The notes under the pieces were generated by a model. That model saw only the letters and a list, made by a program, of their open reading frames with translations, was not told where the DNA came from and ran no database searches. Source: the human T2T-CHM13v2.0 reference genome, Homo sapiens. Taken from it: a DNA stretch of 64,000 nt. The stretch lies in the NCBI RefSeq assembly GCF_009914755.1, contig NC_060944.1; one strand, given 5' to 3'. Positions 29,661 through 43,420 of this stretch are shown piece by piece (the stretch's first letter is position 1; each line of letters opens with the position of its first letter). A program made the translations under genes and the position numbers.

Positions 29661-29849
29661 ACAGGTGTGTGTGTGTGTGGAGTAATGAAGGAGCTGGTGA
29701 GGTGGGGGCAAAGTGAGGCTGATGGGTAGAGAAGAGAGGAGGTCTGAGCCCTATTTACTCAGCAAGCATGCCAAGCGCTAGACTGACCTGACCTGACTGC
29801 TAACTTTTCCAGAGTCCTTCATGCATACCAGGGGCTGTGTTTAAATCAT

Positions 29850-29975
29850 CTTAAAGGTATGTTCATTTTATAGATGAGGATCAATTTTACAGATGAAGAA
29901 ACTGAGGCTTAGGTTAAAAGCAAACTTTCCAAAGTCTCACAGAATGTAGCCAACGCCAGGCACAAATGGAATCCT
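29850..29975 (-). mobile_element. MIR fragment
   Basis: attttacagatgaagaaactgaggcttaggttaa. Confidence 0.75.
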
Positions 29976-30659
29976 CCCTGGCACTCAGTGGGGGTCCCGA
30001 ATGCTTGGCGAGCCTGCATCCCCAGGCCTCCAGGAGACAGCAGGGAATGGAGAATGGGTGGCCCTTTCCATGGGCCCTGGAGCAGCTGGGGAGGCAGAGC
30101 TGAGAGGAACAGGGCCACAGGGAGTTTGTGCCCTGATGTGGGGGAGCTACCTAGCTGGGTTGAGACCCAGATGAAGGACACAGTGCAGACAGGCCGTAGG
30201 GCTTGCATTCTTCCTTCCCTTTGGGGAGCAGGCTGAGCTTGCCCTGAGAAGGCCTTCAAATCGGTACTCAGGCCCTCCCCTGGCAGGAGGCAGGGAGAGA
30301 TGGTGGGCGACGATGCGCCTCCGACGAGGGGCCTGTCAGTCCACTGCTGCTGCTGGAGGGGCTTTATCTCTAAAATACAGTGTTCCGTTAGAAGGTGCAC
30401 ATTTTCACATCTATTAAATTGCTTTGCATGAAAGTGTACTTTCCTGGTACCATAGCAACTGTGCTTCCTAATCTGATTTAAATTTTTTGCCTTGTGCTGC
30501 AAAAGCTAATGCCACACTTTCTGAAGTCGGTGGCTGTGCCGTGCACAGGATGTCCATTTTTGAGAAAAGAAAAATAATCATCCTTGGCTAAAAATCACCA
30601 GCACCACCCCCGCCCTACAGGTGGCTGTTCTATGCGAATGGTTACAGATACAGGTGCCA

Positions 30660-30850
30660 GCATCTTCACCGCTTCCTAGCGGGTGATTGTCATCAGGTTA
30701 TTGAACCCCTCGGAGCCTCAGTTTCTTCATCTAAAAATCAGAAATTAAAATATTTCTACCTCACAGGGCTGTCAGAAGGGATAAACGACATGAAGCAAAG
30801 GAGGAGCTTAGTTCTGCATCTGACATTTATTAAGTGCTAAGTAAACAGTA
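30660..30850 (+). mobile_element. MIR
   Basis: gagcctcagtttcttcatctaaaaat..tacctcacagggctgt..taagtgct. Confidence 0.75.
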
Positions 30851-31041
30851 ACTAGGGATCTTGTCTTCCTCAATCCCACTCCTTTATTAAGAGCAATAAT
30901 TGACTACTGGCGATGTTGCCAGGCTGACTCTGAAATCCATTACTCTCGGTAGCGGCTGCAATGCGGCTTTCCATTTACTGCTTGTCTTCCTCACTGTAAT
31001 ATTCCAAGAAGGTGCTCAGCAGTGATTTGAGGAAGGGATGA

Positions 31042-31763
<722 letters not shown>

Positions 31764-31940
31764 AGGGTTCTTAAACTGGATGGCACATCAGATTTACGGT
31801 GGGGCTGTTAAAATGCATATTCCAGGTATCATGACAGGAATCCTGATTCAGGGGGCTCAGCCTGGGTCCCTGGAGCCAGTATTTGCATCTCTCACCTGGT
31901 AGTTATTGTGTAGATATCCAGACAGGCGCTGTCGAACATC
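31764..31940. mobile_element. MER5-like hAT element (Alu inserted at its terminus)
   Basis: agggttcttaaact..gcacatcaga..tgttaaaatgcatattcc..ctgattcag. Confidence 0.55.
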
Positions 31941-31970
31941 TATCTTAGTCCACTTGTGCAGCGCACCTGC

Positions 31971-32044
31971 TGAGTGCCTGGGCCCTCCAGAGCTGTGGCC
32001 CGAGTGCCGTTGGGTGCCTGCGCCCTCCAGAGCTGTGGCCGGAG
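31971..32044. repeat. 40-bp-period tandem duplication (2 copies)
   Basis: gtgcctg(g/c)gccctccagagctgtggcc at 31974 and 32014. Confidence 0.85.
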
Positions 32045-32229
32045 ACACATCTGGGTCTGGGCCACACAACATTCATGCTGAGCGTGAATAAGTGGAGCAG
32101 AAACCGGGGGGAGCTCTGACGATCAAGCCCTGAGGTCCCACAGGCACCCTGGGACTCCCCTTGAAACCATCCTGCCTTGAAGGCCCTGGCTCTCTCTCTG
32201 AGACTGTGATGGGCATGGCAACTCAAACA

Positions 32230-32944
32230 CGTTTACGGTCATTTTTCCATTGTCTTGATAAATCGCATCTAGCTTTTCTCTCTCCATACTAATCTACCTA
32301 CTAGAGAAATTAATATCAAGGGTGTCACTTGGCCACACTCAGTTTTCCCTCCCGAACCCACCTGTTCATTCTTAACATAGGCAGGCTGAGAATTTTCCCA
32401 AGTTTTAAGTGTTGCTCCGCTTTTGATTATAAATTCCATCATTAGTTTGTCTCTTCTTACATTTTACTGAGCCATCAAGAGAAGCCATGTGGCACTCTCA
32501 GCACTTGGCTTAGAGACTTCTTCCACCAAGCTTATTTCTTCCAACCAGTTTATTACTCATGAGTTCTGCTTTCCACAAAGTGCTACAACATAAACAAAAT
32601 TCGAGCAAGCTCTTTGCCACTTTATTACAAGGACAGTCTTTCCCCCGAGGTTCCATATCTTGTTTCTCATTTTCATCTGGGACCTCATCAGACCTCATAT
32701 TTCTACCAACATTCTGTCCGCGACCACCTAGATAATCTCTAAGAAGACTGAGTCTCTCTTTCCAGCTCTCTTCTTCTGGGCCCTCCCTAGAATCACCACT
32801 AACACTCTTTCATGGCAATACAGAATTTTTTTTTTTTTTTGGCTTCAAAACTCTTCTGGCCTCTACCCAATACTCAGTTCCAAAGCTGCTTCCACATTTT
32901 CAGGTATTTGTTATAGTGACATTCCGCTGCTTGGTACCAGTTTC
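32230..32944 (-). mobile_element. MaLR internal region (MST/MLT1-int), 5' part
   Basis: ttccaaagctgcttccacattttcaggtatttgttatag; tggtacca immediately next to the LTR. Confidence 0.8.
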
Positions 32945-33313
32945 TGTCTTAGTATGTTTCTGCTGCTATAACAAAATACCGGAGACTGCTGTAATGTATA
33001 AACAGCACGAATTCATTGCTCATGGTTCTGAAGCCTGGGAAGTCCAAGGTCAAGAGGCTTGCAGGCTCAGTATCTGATGAGGATCTGTTCTCTGCCTCTA
33101 AGATGATGCTGTGTCCTCACATGACAGCAGGGTGAAAAAGAGGCAGGCAGCTCTATGGAGCCTCATTTATATGGGCACCAATCTCATTCATTGAAAGGTG
33201 GGTTCCTTAGGGCCTCCTCACCTCCCAGAGGGCCCACCTTATAATAACAGCTCCTTGGTGATTGGGTTTCAACCTATGAATTTTGGAGGGACACAAACAT
33301 TCAAGTTGTAGCA
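32945..33313 (-). mobile_element. MSTD/MLT1A-like 5' LTR
   Basis: tgtcttagt..ctgctataacaaaatacc..tgggaagtccaaggtcaag..tatgaattttggagggacacaaacattca..tagca. Confidence 0.85.
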
Positions 33314-33439
33314 ACATCTTAGAGTTTAGATGCTGTTGCATTACTTTAGAAAGTGTTCTTTATTGTTTACGTATTTAGAGACAAAATTTCATGATGTTTG
33401 TAATGAATATTAAATATATTACATACACCTTAATATACT

Positions 33440-33570
33440 CCCGAAGGCAGAAAAGACAAAGTAAGCACAGGCACATGTTAATGATCATTTGGGGAACTGT
33501 GTGTGGCAGTTCATTATTGTATTCTCCCTGTGTTCCTGTATTTTTGAAATTTTTCATAATAAAAAAGGTT
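33440..33570 (+). mobile_element. L1ME 3' end fragment
   Basis: gttcattattgtattctc..tgtatttttgaaatttttcataataaa. Confidence 0.6.
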
Positions 33571-34309
33571 TTTCTTAATGCTATGATAAGCTAAAGATCT
33601 AAGAAACTCAGAAATCCTTGTAGATCTTCCCAGCCTTCAACTCCAGCCAGAAAATCTGACGTATTTAAATATTGGTGCTCATCTTGTAGCTGAAGAAAAT
33701 TCAGTTTCTAAAGCCTTACTTTTCAAACTTGAGCAGCTGTGGAATGATTTGTTTTTCCTTCTCCTTCTTTCTTCTCTGACTGACACAGCAGGTCGTGGCA
33801 TCCCTGGGGGACTGCACCTCATAAGCAAACATGACTAGCGTGGCCTGACATCACGTGCCCTGATGCGATTCTGCAGCTGGAAATTCAGAGGGTTTTTTTT
33901 TTTCCTTCTTCTTCTTCCTTTCATTCTATATACTGTGGTTTCTGGCACCTTAGGAGAATTTGAAAGGAGAAAAGCTGTGTTCTCTAATTAGCATGAAAAA
34001 TGCAAAATCCATGTCCCATACACCACACACAGCCACAGGGGGTGCTCTTGGCATAAGCCTCCATGAGGTTCCTTGTGGCTTTGGAGCCCAGAGTGCTCAT
34101 GACCACAGAATCTGAGGTAGCAGAGGGACGTACCAGGGCCAGTCTTCCCAGGTCTCTCCTGTCTCATCTGCGGACCATTCGGAGGGTGCTTCGGCCTCTT
34201 TGTAAAGTTCTCCAAGGATGGAAAGAAAGCAAAATGAATCATGGGTCCAATTAGTTTCCATATCTGAATGCCTGGAGAGGTGAGGCACAGCTAAGGAGAC
34301 ACGAGAATG

Positions 34310-34510
34310 TGATGAGCAGGCTTTAAATGGTCCAGACCCCAAACCTGGCTCCACCACTTACCACCTGTGTGCCCTTTGTATCGTTAAACCTCAGTTTCCT
34401 CATTTGTAAAATTAGGGGGAAGTGAATTTTCGGAATACTTTTGGGAGGACTGAATGAGAAAATTCATGTGAAGCATTAGCCTAGCATATAATTACCATCC
34501 AATAAATGTA
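34310..34510 (+). mobile_element. MIR
   Basis: cctggctccaccacttacca.ctgtgtg..cctcagtttcctcatttgtaaaat. Confidence 0.8.
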
Positions 34511-36341
34511 ATAATAATTACTTTTGTATAGTCTTATGCACACACATACAGATTCATCATTATTGAAACACCTCCAGACCGCCCTCTCTCCTGTACACAT
34601 CTTCGGGTAAGCCAATCCCCTCTGCACAAATCCAGGGAACCACTTAGCTCCACTCAGCACCGAATGAAAGAAAGAACGCGTCCATGGAGACAGAGAACAT
34701 GGGGTTTTAGGGCTGAGAGGGACCTTCAGAACATGACATGCCTCCCCCCTTCCCCCACACACTCAGTTCTTATCAGCTTCCTGAGGCTTTACCCTGCACT
34801 TAGCATAAATGCAAGCCTCATGTGCAAGGCCCAGTAGAATCTGTCCCTCCCACCTCCTCTACCTCAGGGAATCTCAGTCCTGCTCCTTCACTGTGTTCCC
34901 ACCACCCTGGTCTCCTCCCAGTTCCCCCCATAGAACCAGCAAGGGAGGGGCCATTGCACAAGCTGGCCCTGGCTGGGAACACTGCCTGCCTCCCTCCCCC
35001 ATCCCACTGCCCAGATACCCAGGTGACAAGGCTTTCTCTCCACCCTGGGTCACCTCCTCTGCAAGCTCTTCCTGGAACACCCCTCTAGAAGCAAGTCCCT
35101 GCCCCGAGTTCATGTCACCCTTGTTGTCCCTTTCATATCTGTCCTTGTAGTTTCATCTGTTTGCCTCTGCTAAGTGGCTTGTTAGAGATGCTACCACGCA
35201 TGAGCTCCACGGGACCCAGAAGAGAGGTGACTTTGCTCATGGTGTCTTCCCAGGCCTACTCGCCTCTCAGTACACAAGGAGGGAGGGAGGGGACACCTGA
35301 CCACTGGACAGGAAGGGGAGCCACAGCCAGGGAACCCAGCTTCAGGGAAGAAGCTCAGCCCAACTCCGCCCAGAGCCCCTCAAACTCTGCCATTTGTAGG
35401 AAGGAGGTAAGTGAGACCTTGCCTCCACCTGGGAGACATCTAAAGAATGAAACAAGGGGCTCCTAGGGGGTTCCCCTGTGGCCAGTCGCTCGCTGCTGCA
35501 TTGCTTTAGCAGAGCAGTGCAGAATGCCATCTTGGTCTAAATATCTCCTCTCCTGGCCTCTTGTGCTGTGGGGATTCTGCCATCAGACGTGTTCTCTGCA
35601 TGAGTCAGGAGGCTCTCAGTGGCTGGTGACAGAGACCACACTCAAACCACTTAACAAAGGGAGATGGCCACCCAGAGCCTCGGAGAGTCCCGGCACCTGC
35701 AGCAGAATCTCTCAGGCACCCTGGGCTGCAGTGCTCCAAAGGCTCCTGCCCACTGGCTTCGTTTTCAGGCTCCTGGGTAAGTGGCTTTAGAAAAGAGTCA
35801 CAGCAGGGGTGGCCCCCACAGCCTGGCACCCTCAGGAAGGCTGGCGGAAGCCTCACGGTGGTTTTAATCCGGCTGATAAGGGACACGTCTTCTGCCCAAG
35901 CACATCACTTGGTGCTCCTGCTGGCCAGATGCAGGTTTTGTGATCCGATCCTTACCAATGCAACTGCCATGACAAACGGGGCAGAGGGGTTTTCCATGGG
36001 GTAGCTGGGCACTGATTCCAAAGGACAGGAGAGGCGCCACCAGAGTGGTCAAACGACGGAGTCCCACCACCGAGGGTGTGCTCGCAAGAGACTTGTACAC
36101 AGATTGGTACTTCCTGGGGGTTTGTGTCCTCACACACCTGGGGAACATTCTGTCCTATGAGCAGCAGTAATTTCTCACCGAGGAAAGAGGCGTTGTGGGT
36201 GAGGACGCTAAAACCAGCACAACTCCATGGTCGGGGCAGGGACTCTGTGTACCCTCTTCTCCCCGCCAATGACATTCCCCTTGAGGTCGACTCAGTCTCA
36301 ATGTCCCTCCCTGTGTGCACAAGGAGTTGGGATTTCACTTA

Positions 36342-36773
<432 letters not shown>

Positions 36774-36999
36774 TCACCAGGCTCAAGGAAGGAAAGAAGA
36801 CAGCTGCCCACAAGCAGAGACTTGGGCATTCAAATCACCCAGTCTGCACAAGTCCAAATGCCTCGTGGAGAGGTCAGAATGGTCCTGCCATCTGCACCCT
36901 CTTTTCTGTTTGTTAGATTCTTTATCCTTAGAACCTTGATCCATGTACTTGTTATGAAAATTATTGCTCATATGACAAAGCCATGTTCACAGTCTCCCA

Positions 37000-37365
37000 G
37001 TACCAGTTACCTGTTGCCATAATAACACTGTGTTCAAAACCAGCCTGAAAACTCAGAGGCTTAAATAATAAGAAGGAACTTGGCCCCACATCAGCGGAGC
37101 ATCAGCTGATAGAGGCTAGCTTCAGTTGACAACTGAGAGTCTGAGGTCCACCCTGGCTCCATCCGCAGCAGGCAGGAACGGGAGCCACAGCAAGCAAGCG
37201 CAGCCCTCCATGCGCTGCCTCAGCTTCAGCTTCTGTCATGTTCACTCGCACCCCATGAGCTTCAGCAGGTCACACCATCGGTGTTGGGTGCTGCAAAGTT
37301 ACCTATCCCAGGTGGAACTCAGGATACTCAAGGAGTGAAGAATTAAAGGCCACCCGATCTTCCAC
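37000..37365 (-). mobile_element. old MLT1 LTR
   Basis: cagttacctgttgcc..ataac..aaactcagaggcttaaa. Confidence 0.45.
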
Positions 37366-37689
37366 CCTGACACACAGTGGGCACTCAATAAAAACTGTGT
37401 TGGCTTCAAGTTCAGATCTTTCATGATCACACCCACATATTCTGCAGACAATTTACCCACTGAATGGTACCCACCATTCCCTTCTTAAGAGCAACTCAAT
37501 CCCACCTTCCCACCAAGGGCTAAATCCTGAGGGCAGGTAGCATGTACATCTCATTTATGTTCCTTTCTTCAGCAAGGAGAAAAGAGATCAATGAACATAA
37601 GCTGATTGACCAAAGAACAGCTGGCCTGACCTGTGTCTTCAGCATCTGCAATGCTCCAGGCCCTGTGCAAAAAACTGTATGTGGCATGT

Positions 37690-38140
37690 CATTTTTTAAC
37701 ATTTCATTGTGCAAATTTTAACAAATACTAAAGAAGACAGAATAGCATAAACCTCTATATACTGCCTTGACTTAATGATGAGTAATATTTTACCATGTTT
37801 CCTTCAAATGATTTTTGCTTGAATATTTTAAAAGTAAAATACTGACAATATGACATTTCATTTCTAGTTTAATACTTCAGTATATAGCTTTTAAAGAAAA
37901 AGACATTTACTTATAAACCACAATACCATTATCAGACTTAACAAAATAAATGGTCTTCCTTAATATCTACTAGCACGTCCATATTCAAATTTCCTCTGTT
38001 GCCCTACAAATGCCTTTTGATAATGGTTTTGTTCCAGACAAAGCCAGACAACCCACATAAGACAGATTTGGTTGTTCTGTCACTTAAATATCTTTTAATC
38101 TAGAAGAGCCGTGCCTTTTTATTTATGTCACTGACTAGTT
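37690..38140 (-). mobile_element. L1MC/L1ME 3' fragment
   Basis: tgacatttca..aatacttcagtat..accacaataccattatca..tccatattcaaatttcc. Confidence 0.65.
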
Positions 38141-41100
38141 GGGGGAATGTACTTTTAATCTACTTTTAATCTGCACATAGCCATGCAACGTAATTGTACT
38201 TACCCCCATTTTCCAATGAGAAAACTGACAAAGTCGGTGTCATCAAAAAGGAGATTTGCTTGCATTCTCAAAACCACACTCTTTCTGCCATTGCAGGTCC
38301 ATATCAGGAGAGGAAAAAGAAAGGCACTAAAACTTTCAGTTTACATTGTAAAAAGCAACACTCACGTTTAAGGTGGGTTTCTAGCACATTTTGACACAGC
38401 TGGGCTATTTCTGCAAAAGAAAAGGAATTGGCAATGGAAAAATGTCAATTCTAGCCTGATGGAGGAGTAATGTTGCCTCCTCCCAGCCCACATCCCATTC
38501 TGTGCTGCGCAGAAACTATCTAGCAAATCAAGCACATGAAACTGAGGGTTTTGTCTCTACAAATATGGGAGTTGTCAGACAGCACAAACAACCAAAATCA
38601 AAGATCCGATTGTCTTTACGATTTTACACCCTGACCATCTATTAAGTCTGCATCTATTAGATTTGCAAAATCTAGACCATCTATTAGATTTGCAAAAAGG
38701 AAGATGCTTCCCATGGCCTCATCTTACATGAAAATGTGGGTTTCTGCTTCTCTCTGGTTGCTCCTTCGAAGAGACGTGTGCTGGAGAACTCCTTAATAAT
38801 ACTGGGGAAAAAAATATCATGGAAATATCCACCAGGCGAATTAAGGATTATAAGGCCTCTTCTTCCTTCAAGTTCTTTTAACCAAGGTTGCTTTGCAGAG
38901 AGAGATTTGTAGAACAGCTTCTCTAAAGGCAAACGCTGGCTGATAAAAGCTCAACAGCTCTGAGAATTGGGTTACAAGCTCTTTTCCTGTGCTCGCACCA
39001 AGAGTGCAATGGGCTTTCAAAATTCCATTTCTTCCATATTGCTGCAACTTAGGAATTCACTTTTGAAACCCTGGTGCCTGATGGATGAATTTTTAAAATT
39101 TATGTCCCTAGAATATCCTGTGGGTATTTAATAGTAGATATGAAAGTTTCCAAATATCTGAGCATTCTGTTTTAGATCTGGCAGCCTCTTATAATGAGCT
39201 CAGCTAGATCACCCAGAAAGGGCCTCTACAGATTTACCAACCAGAAAAGCAGGGAGGAGCAGGTGCGCCCCATGGAGGAGAAGTCCACTGTGGACACTGT
39301 GCAAACCAAAGTCCATGATGGGGAGCCCACAAATGGAAGGTGCCTGCTAACTGAGAAGCCAGGGGTCACACTCCAAAATCTCCCTGCTCAAAAGAAGTTT
39401 TTTTAATTCTTCAGTCCTCAGTTTAAATTTTTGAAACTCTTCCAATGAACAAGGTTTTCGCTTATAAACAGAAACTAGAAAATGGTATAAGACTTTGTTT
39501 AGTAAAGCTATAGGAGATAGAGAAGATGTTTTGGAAGCTGATGCAAGTCTGAGAAACAAGAATGGCTCAGTACCAGGGTTTGGTGAGCAAAGCAAGTGAG
39601 GGCTGCCAAGTTGATTTTTTTTTTTTTTTTCGTATAAAAAGGGTGGTTCCTTTTGACGGGTGATGTAATGATGCCTCTGCAAGTCGTAAGATGAGATGCA
39701 GCTTCAGCTTCTCAAGTCGCAGTTGGCAGATCTGTGCCAGTCTCCTCCAGTTTCACAGCACAACCCACTTCCAAAGAGAATCCCAAAACTAATATCCTCT
39801 GAAAAGAGTCTAAGAATTCCACTGAAAACATTTTTCAAGCCCAGAATCCTGAAAAAGCTAAGCCATCCGTTTAGATTCCCTGGGGCCATTCCAGTTTTTA
39901 CCAATACTCAATCCACATGGTATGGAATGTTTACCTGTTGAAATTTTTTTTTACTAAAGGGACCTCAATTTGCAATGAGATAAGTTTAGACAAAATTAAT
40001 CATGATTGTAAACAATATGGAAAAGTTTTTTATGGATACTGTCTTTCATCAGTGTCCATGACTTCCAAAATTGTGAATGACACATCTCAGCGTGACCTTC
40101 CTCTTAAATAGGACAAGACTTTTCCAGCATCCTCATGTAGCCCTTTTTCTCCTCCTTTGCACTGGAATATTGCACCAACAGGACTCATTCAGCACTGATA
40201 GTGAGTTTCCCAGCACAAAGAAGGAGTGAGCCCTTGAGTCTCTCAATATTGGCAAAGCTTTTCCTTTGCCCTGAGTTTCTGCTCTGAAGACCTATCACTG
40301 AAAATGCAGCCTCAAATTCATCCATGGGGAAATCAATAACAAATCAAGCAGCTATTCACTCAGATTTATTGGCATAACCAGGTGAGACAGCCAAAAATCT
40401 CCAAGAGTGGGTTGTTGATTATGAGTCAGGCAGTCGGAAACAAGCTACTGCTGGATTTCATGCTGCTGTGATAAATCCTGCTGCAGCCATGGATCAGACA
40501 AGTGGTAACTCAAATGGATGGTTCCTCAAGATGCAAAAGCATATTTCATTCCACTTACATCTTGATGCAGCTAATCAGTCTTAATCTCAGCATAACTCAC
40601 GAATCCAGAAGAGTCTTCTGGAAGGCACAGGTATAAGGCTCTTGTTGAATAGCCTCATAATTTCTGTGCACTAAAATCCTGTGGGGAATTTTCTTTGTCA
40701 TGATTTGAGGAGGAGTTCATTCCCAGGATATTTGTATGGAACCTCTTAATGATATCTAGTGATCGACAGCCAGGTTTCTGTCATTGACACTTTGAGTGCT
40801 TAGTGGAGCTGAACGATTGCACAGAATGAGATCTGGGGTTTAGACTCTCGGTAATTTTGAAATTGAGAAAAGGGGTTTGATGTGAGCTGACAACATGGCA
40901 CCTTTACAAATGCTAACATTTATTTTGAAATCTAAGCCTGAATTTTTTTAAAAACATAGAAATAAAGACAATTAAATCCTTCTCATCTCTTGCCCTAAGA
41001 CTCTGTGTTCTCTGGCCAGTGTCACAGGGGCACTTGCAGTTTTGCCATCTAGTTTAGAACAAATGGGGCCTGCTACATTGACATTCCCTTTAAATCCCCA

Positions 41101-41599
41101 CTGTGTCACTGAGAAAAGAGCTATCTTACTACTCAGAGGTTTCACATCTCCCTAAGCACTTTTACAGCTGCATTTATTTATAAAAAATAATTGGAAATGA
41201 CTGATGTGAGTCAAACTTAATGCTCATGAGACTCTGTGGACTTTCCTGTCAAATAACATGAATCAGAACATACAGGTGCACATTTCTGGTTAATGTCCAA
41301 ATTCTGTCAACACAATGCACGTTTTAGAGAGCAATCTAAGGAACCTGAATTGTCCTTGATTCAGAGAAAAATAGGTTATAATTCCAAACATCTGCTTCTT
41401 CCAAATAACACCACTTAAATGAGAAGTACAGAGTTCACATTCTGAAGATGAAGTCTGATGTTTTTGCCTACAACAATTGCACCACGGTAAAATGGTTGTC
41501 AGTGGCATGATCTGTGCTTTGCACCTTTGGAAGGAGAACCAGCTGGGATCCTGAGAGAACAAAGGAGGGGTAGTGTGACCATGGCAGAGAAGGACATCC

Positions 41600-42065
41600 A
41601 GATGTAGCCTGTTTGCACCAATGGCTCCACATCATGCTGTAATGACACCCCTTCCAATGCGACTCGGCACCTCCTTCTATGAGGCGGTGGAATCTCTGTC
41701 CTCAGCCTTTGAATGTGGACTGGACTTGCAACTTGCTAGGGCCACAATGGTTTCAGTCTGAAGTCTCAAGAAGCCTTGAGACACATTATTTGTACTCTGG
41801 GAACCCTGCGTTCGCTGCAAGGGCAGGCTCAGGCTGGCATGCTGGAGGAGAAAAGACCATGTGGAGGAGGACTGAGGTTATGTGGCCAATACCAGCAAAC
41901 CCCCAGAAACAGGGCTGCCTAAGCAATCACTGTGGACCACAGAGGAAAGAGAGAGCCCAGCTGAGACCACGTGAAATACCCAACGATGCTCAGCCCAAAT
42001 TGCCAGGCCTCAGAACAAAGAATTAACAAGTTTTAAGCCTCTGAGGCAATTGGTTTATGCTATTA
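41600..42065 (+). mobile_element. MLT1 (G/H-like) LTR
   Basis: gaggcggtggaatct..ctttgaatgtggactgg; cagcccaaattgcc; ttttaagcctctgag. Confidence 0.65.
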
Positions 42066-42304
42066 AGCTTCAGAGTAGTTCTTCATGGGGTCTAACTAGT
42101 TCAGACCCCATAATAGCATCTCTCTCACACACACACCTCTATGTCTCCCTTATCTCCCTCTCTCATTTCTGTCTTTCTATCTCTGTCTCCATCTGTCTCT
42201 TCCCATAGTCTCATAAATTCAGCCAAGGAGCCCCAGATCTGCTGTAGCACTTTCATGGGAGAAGAGTCTTATCTCGACATGAAGGTGGGGGACACAACTT
42301 AGGT

Positions 42305-42650
42305 TACGTTTGCCAAACCTTGTGGTCTCGGGACCATTTTCACTCTTTTAATTAGTAAGAGTAACCTCAAAGAGCTTCTGCTTATGTGGGTGATGTATAT
42401 CAGTATGTATCATTTTAGAAAAGCTGAGAAAATGTTAAAAGTCAAGAAAATGCAAGTATGCATGCCGTTAACCATTGGAGCGATGACGTCATCCCAGTTC
42501 ACATGACTGCTGTAAAACTCCACTAAACACTCATAAAAAAATTGAGAGTAAGAAATGAACATAACTTCTAGTGTTTCTATGGAGGTAATTTTGCCCTCGT
42601 GTATCCCTGAGAACTTCTGACTTGAGCTGAAATGAAAGAATCAGCTGGAC
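42305..42650. mobile_element. hAT-Charlie element (MER119-like)
   Basis: tggtctcgggacc..cactctt..caaagagcttctgcttatgtggg; gatgacgtcatc..aaaactccact. Confidence 0.6.
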
Positions 42651-42732
42651 CATTGTCTCAGATATTCCCAAGCTCTCACAGTGTTTCCCAACTCTGTCTG
42701 CTAGGTTTTGCTTAGGATGAAAATCATCAGAA

Positions 42733-43420
42733 TGATAGCGTAGGCAGTTAGGCCTACATGAACAGGGGAGGAAAAGCACTCCCAATAACCCCAGGAATGT
42801 CCCCAACTATCAGGTGATGGTCAGGTGGTTGTTAAACTGTTTCTCTAAAATAATAATTGGTTGCAGCTGGTGCCAGGGAATGGCAGTCTCCCAATAGGCA
42901 GAAAATACCTGAAGCTGGTTCCAGGTAAGCTCTCAGGAGCCAGTTGGGCTGAAGCAGGAGCACTAAAAGGCAAAAATGGCAGAGTTTAACTGGTATATGG
43001 CCTTCCTCTAGGAACACTGGACTGGTAAGGGAAAAATGCCTCAAGTAAGCATGTGCACCACTTCAGGAAACACCCTGTGCGTGTGGCCCCTCCTAAGTGC
43101 TGGCCGGTCACTGCACATATGGACAGTCCACCCAAGGGAGGAATCAGAGGAGAAGAAACGCAGACCCCAGAAGCCGATGTATAAGACCCCAAGTCAAAAG
43201 TCAAACCATGCACTTGATCTTTTAAGTCACCTGCTTGGTCCTCTTCCAAGTGTACTTTACTTCCTTTCATTCCTGCCCTAAAGCTTTTTAATAAACTTTC
43301 ACTCCTTCCAAAAACTTGCCTCAAACTCTAACTCTGCCTTATGCCCCTCAGTTGAATTATTTCCTTTGAGGAGGCAGGAACCAAGTTACTGCAGACCCAT
43401 ACAGTTCGCCGCTGTTAACA
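42733..43420 (+). mobile_element. complete MER50-like ERV1 solo LTR with 4-bp TSD agaa
   Basis: TG...CA termini; atcaggtgatggtcaggtggttgttaaactg..ctctaaaataataattgg; aataaa near 43290; agaa at 42729-42732 and 43421-43424. Confidence 0.88.

Noticed and set aside
29909-30502. 197-aa minus-strand ORF
   Set aside because: Non-ATG start, ends in a MIR, no recognisable domain; compatible with chance in GC-rich DNA.
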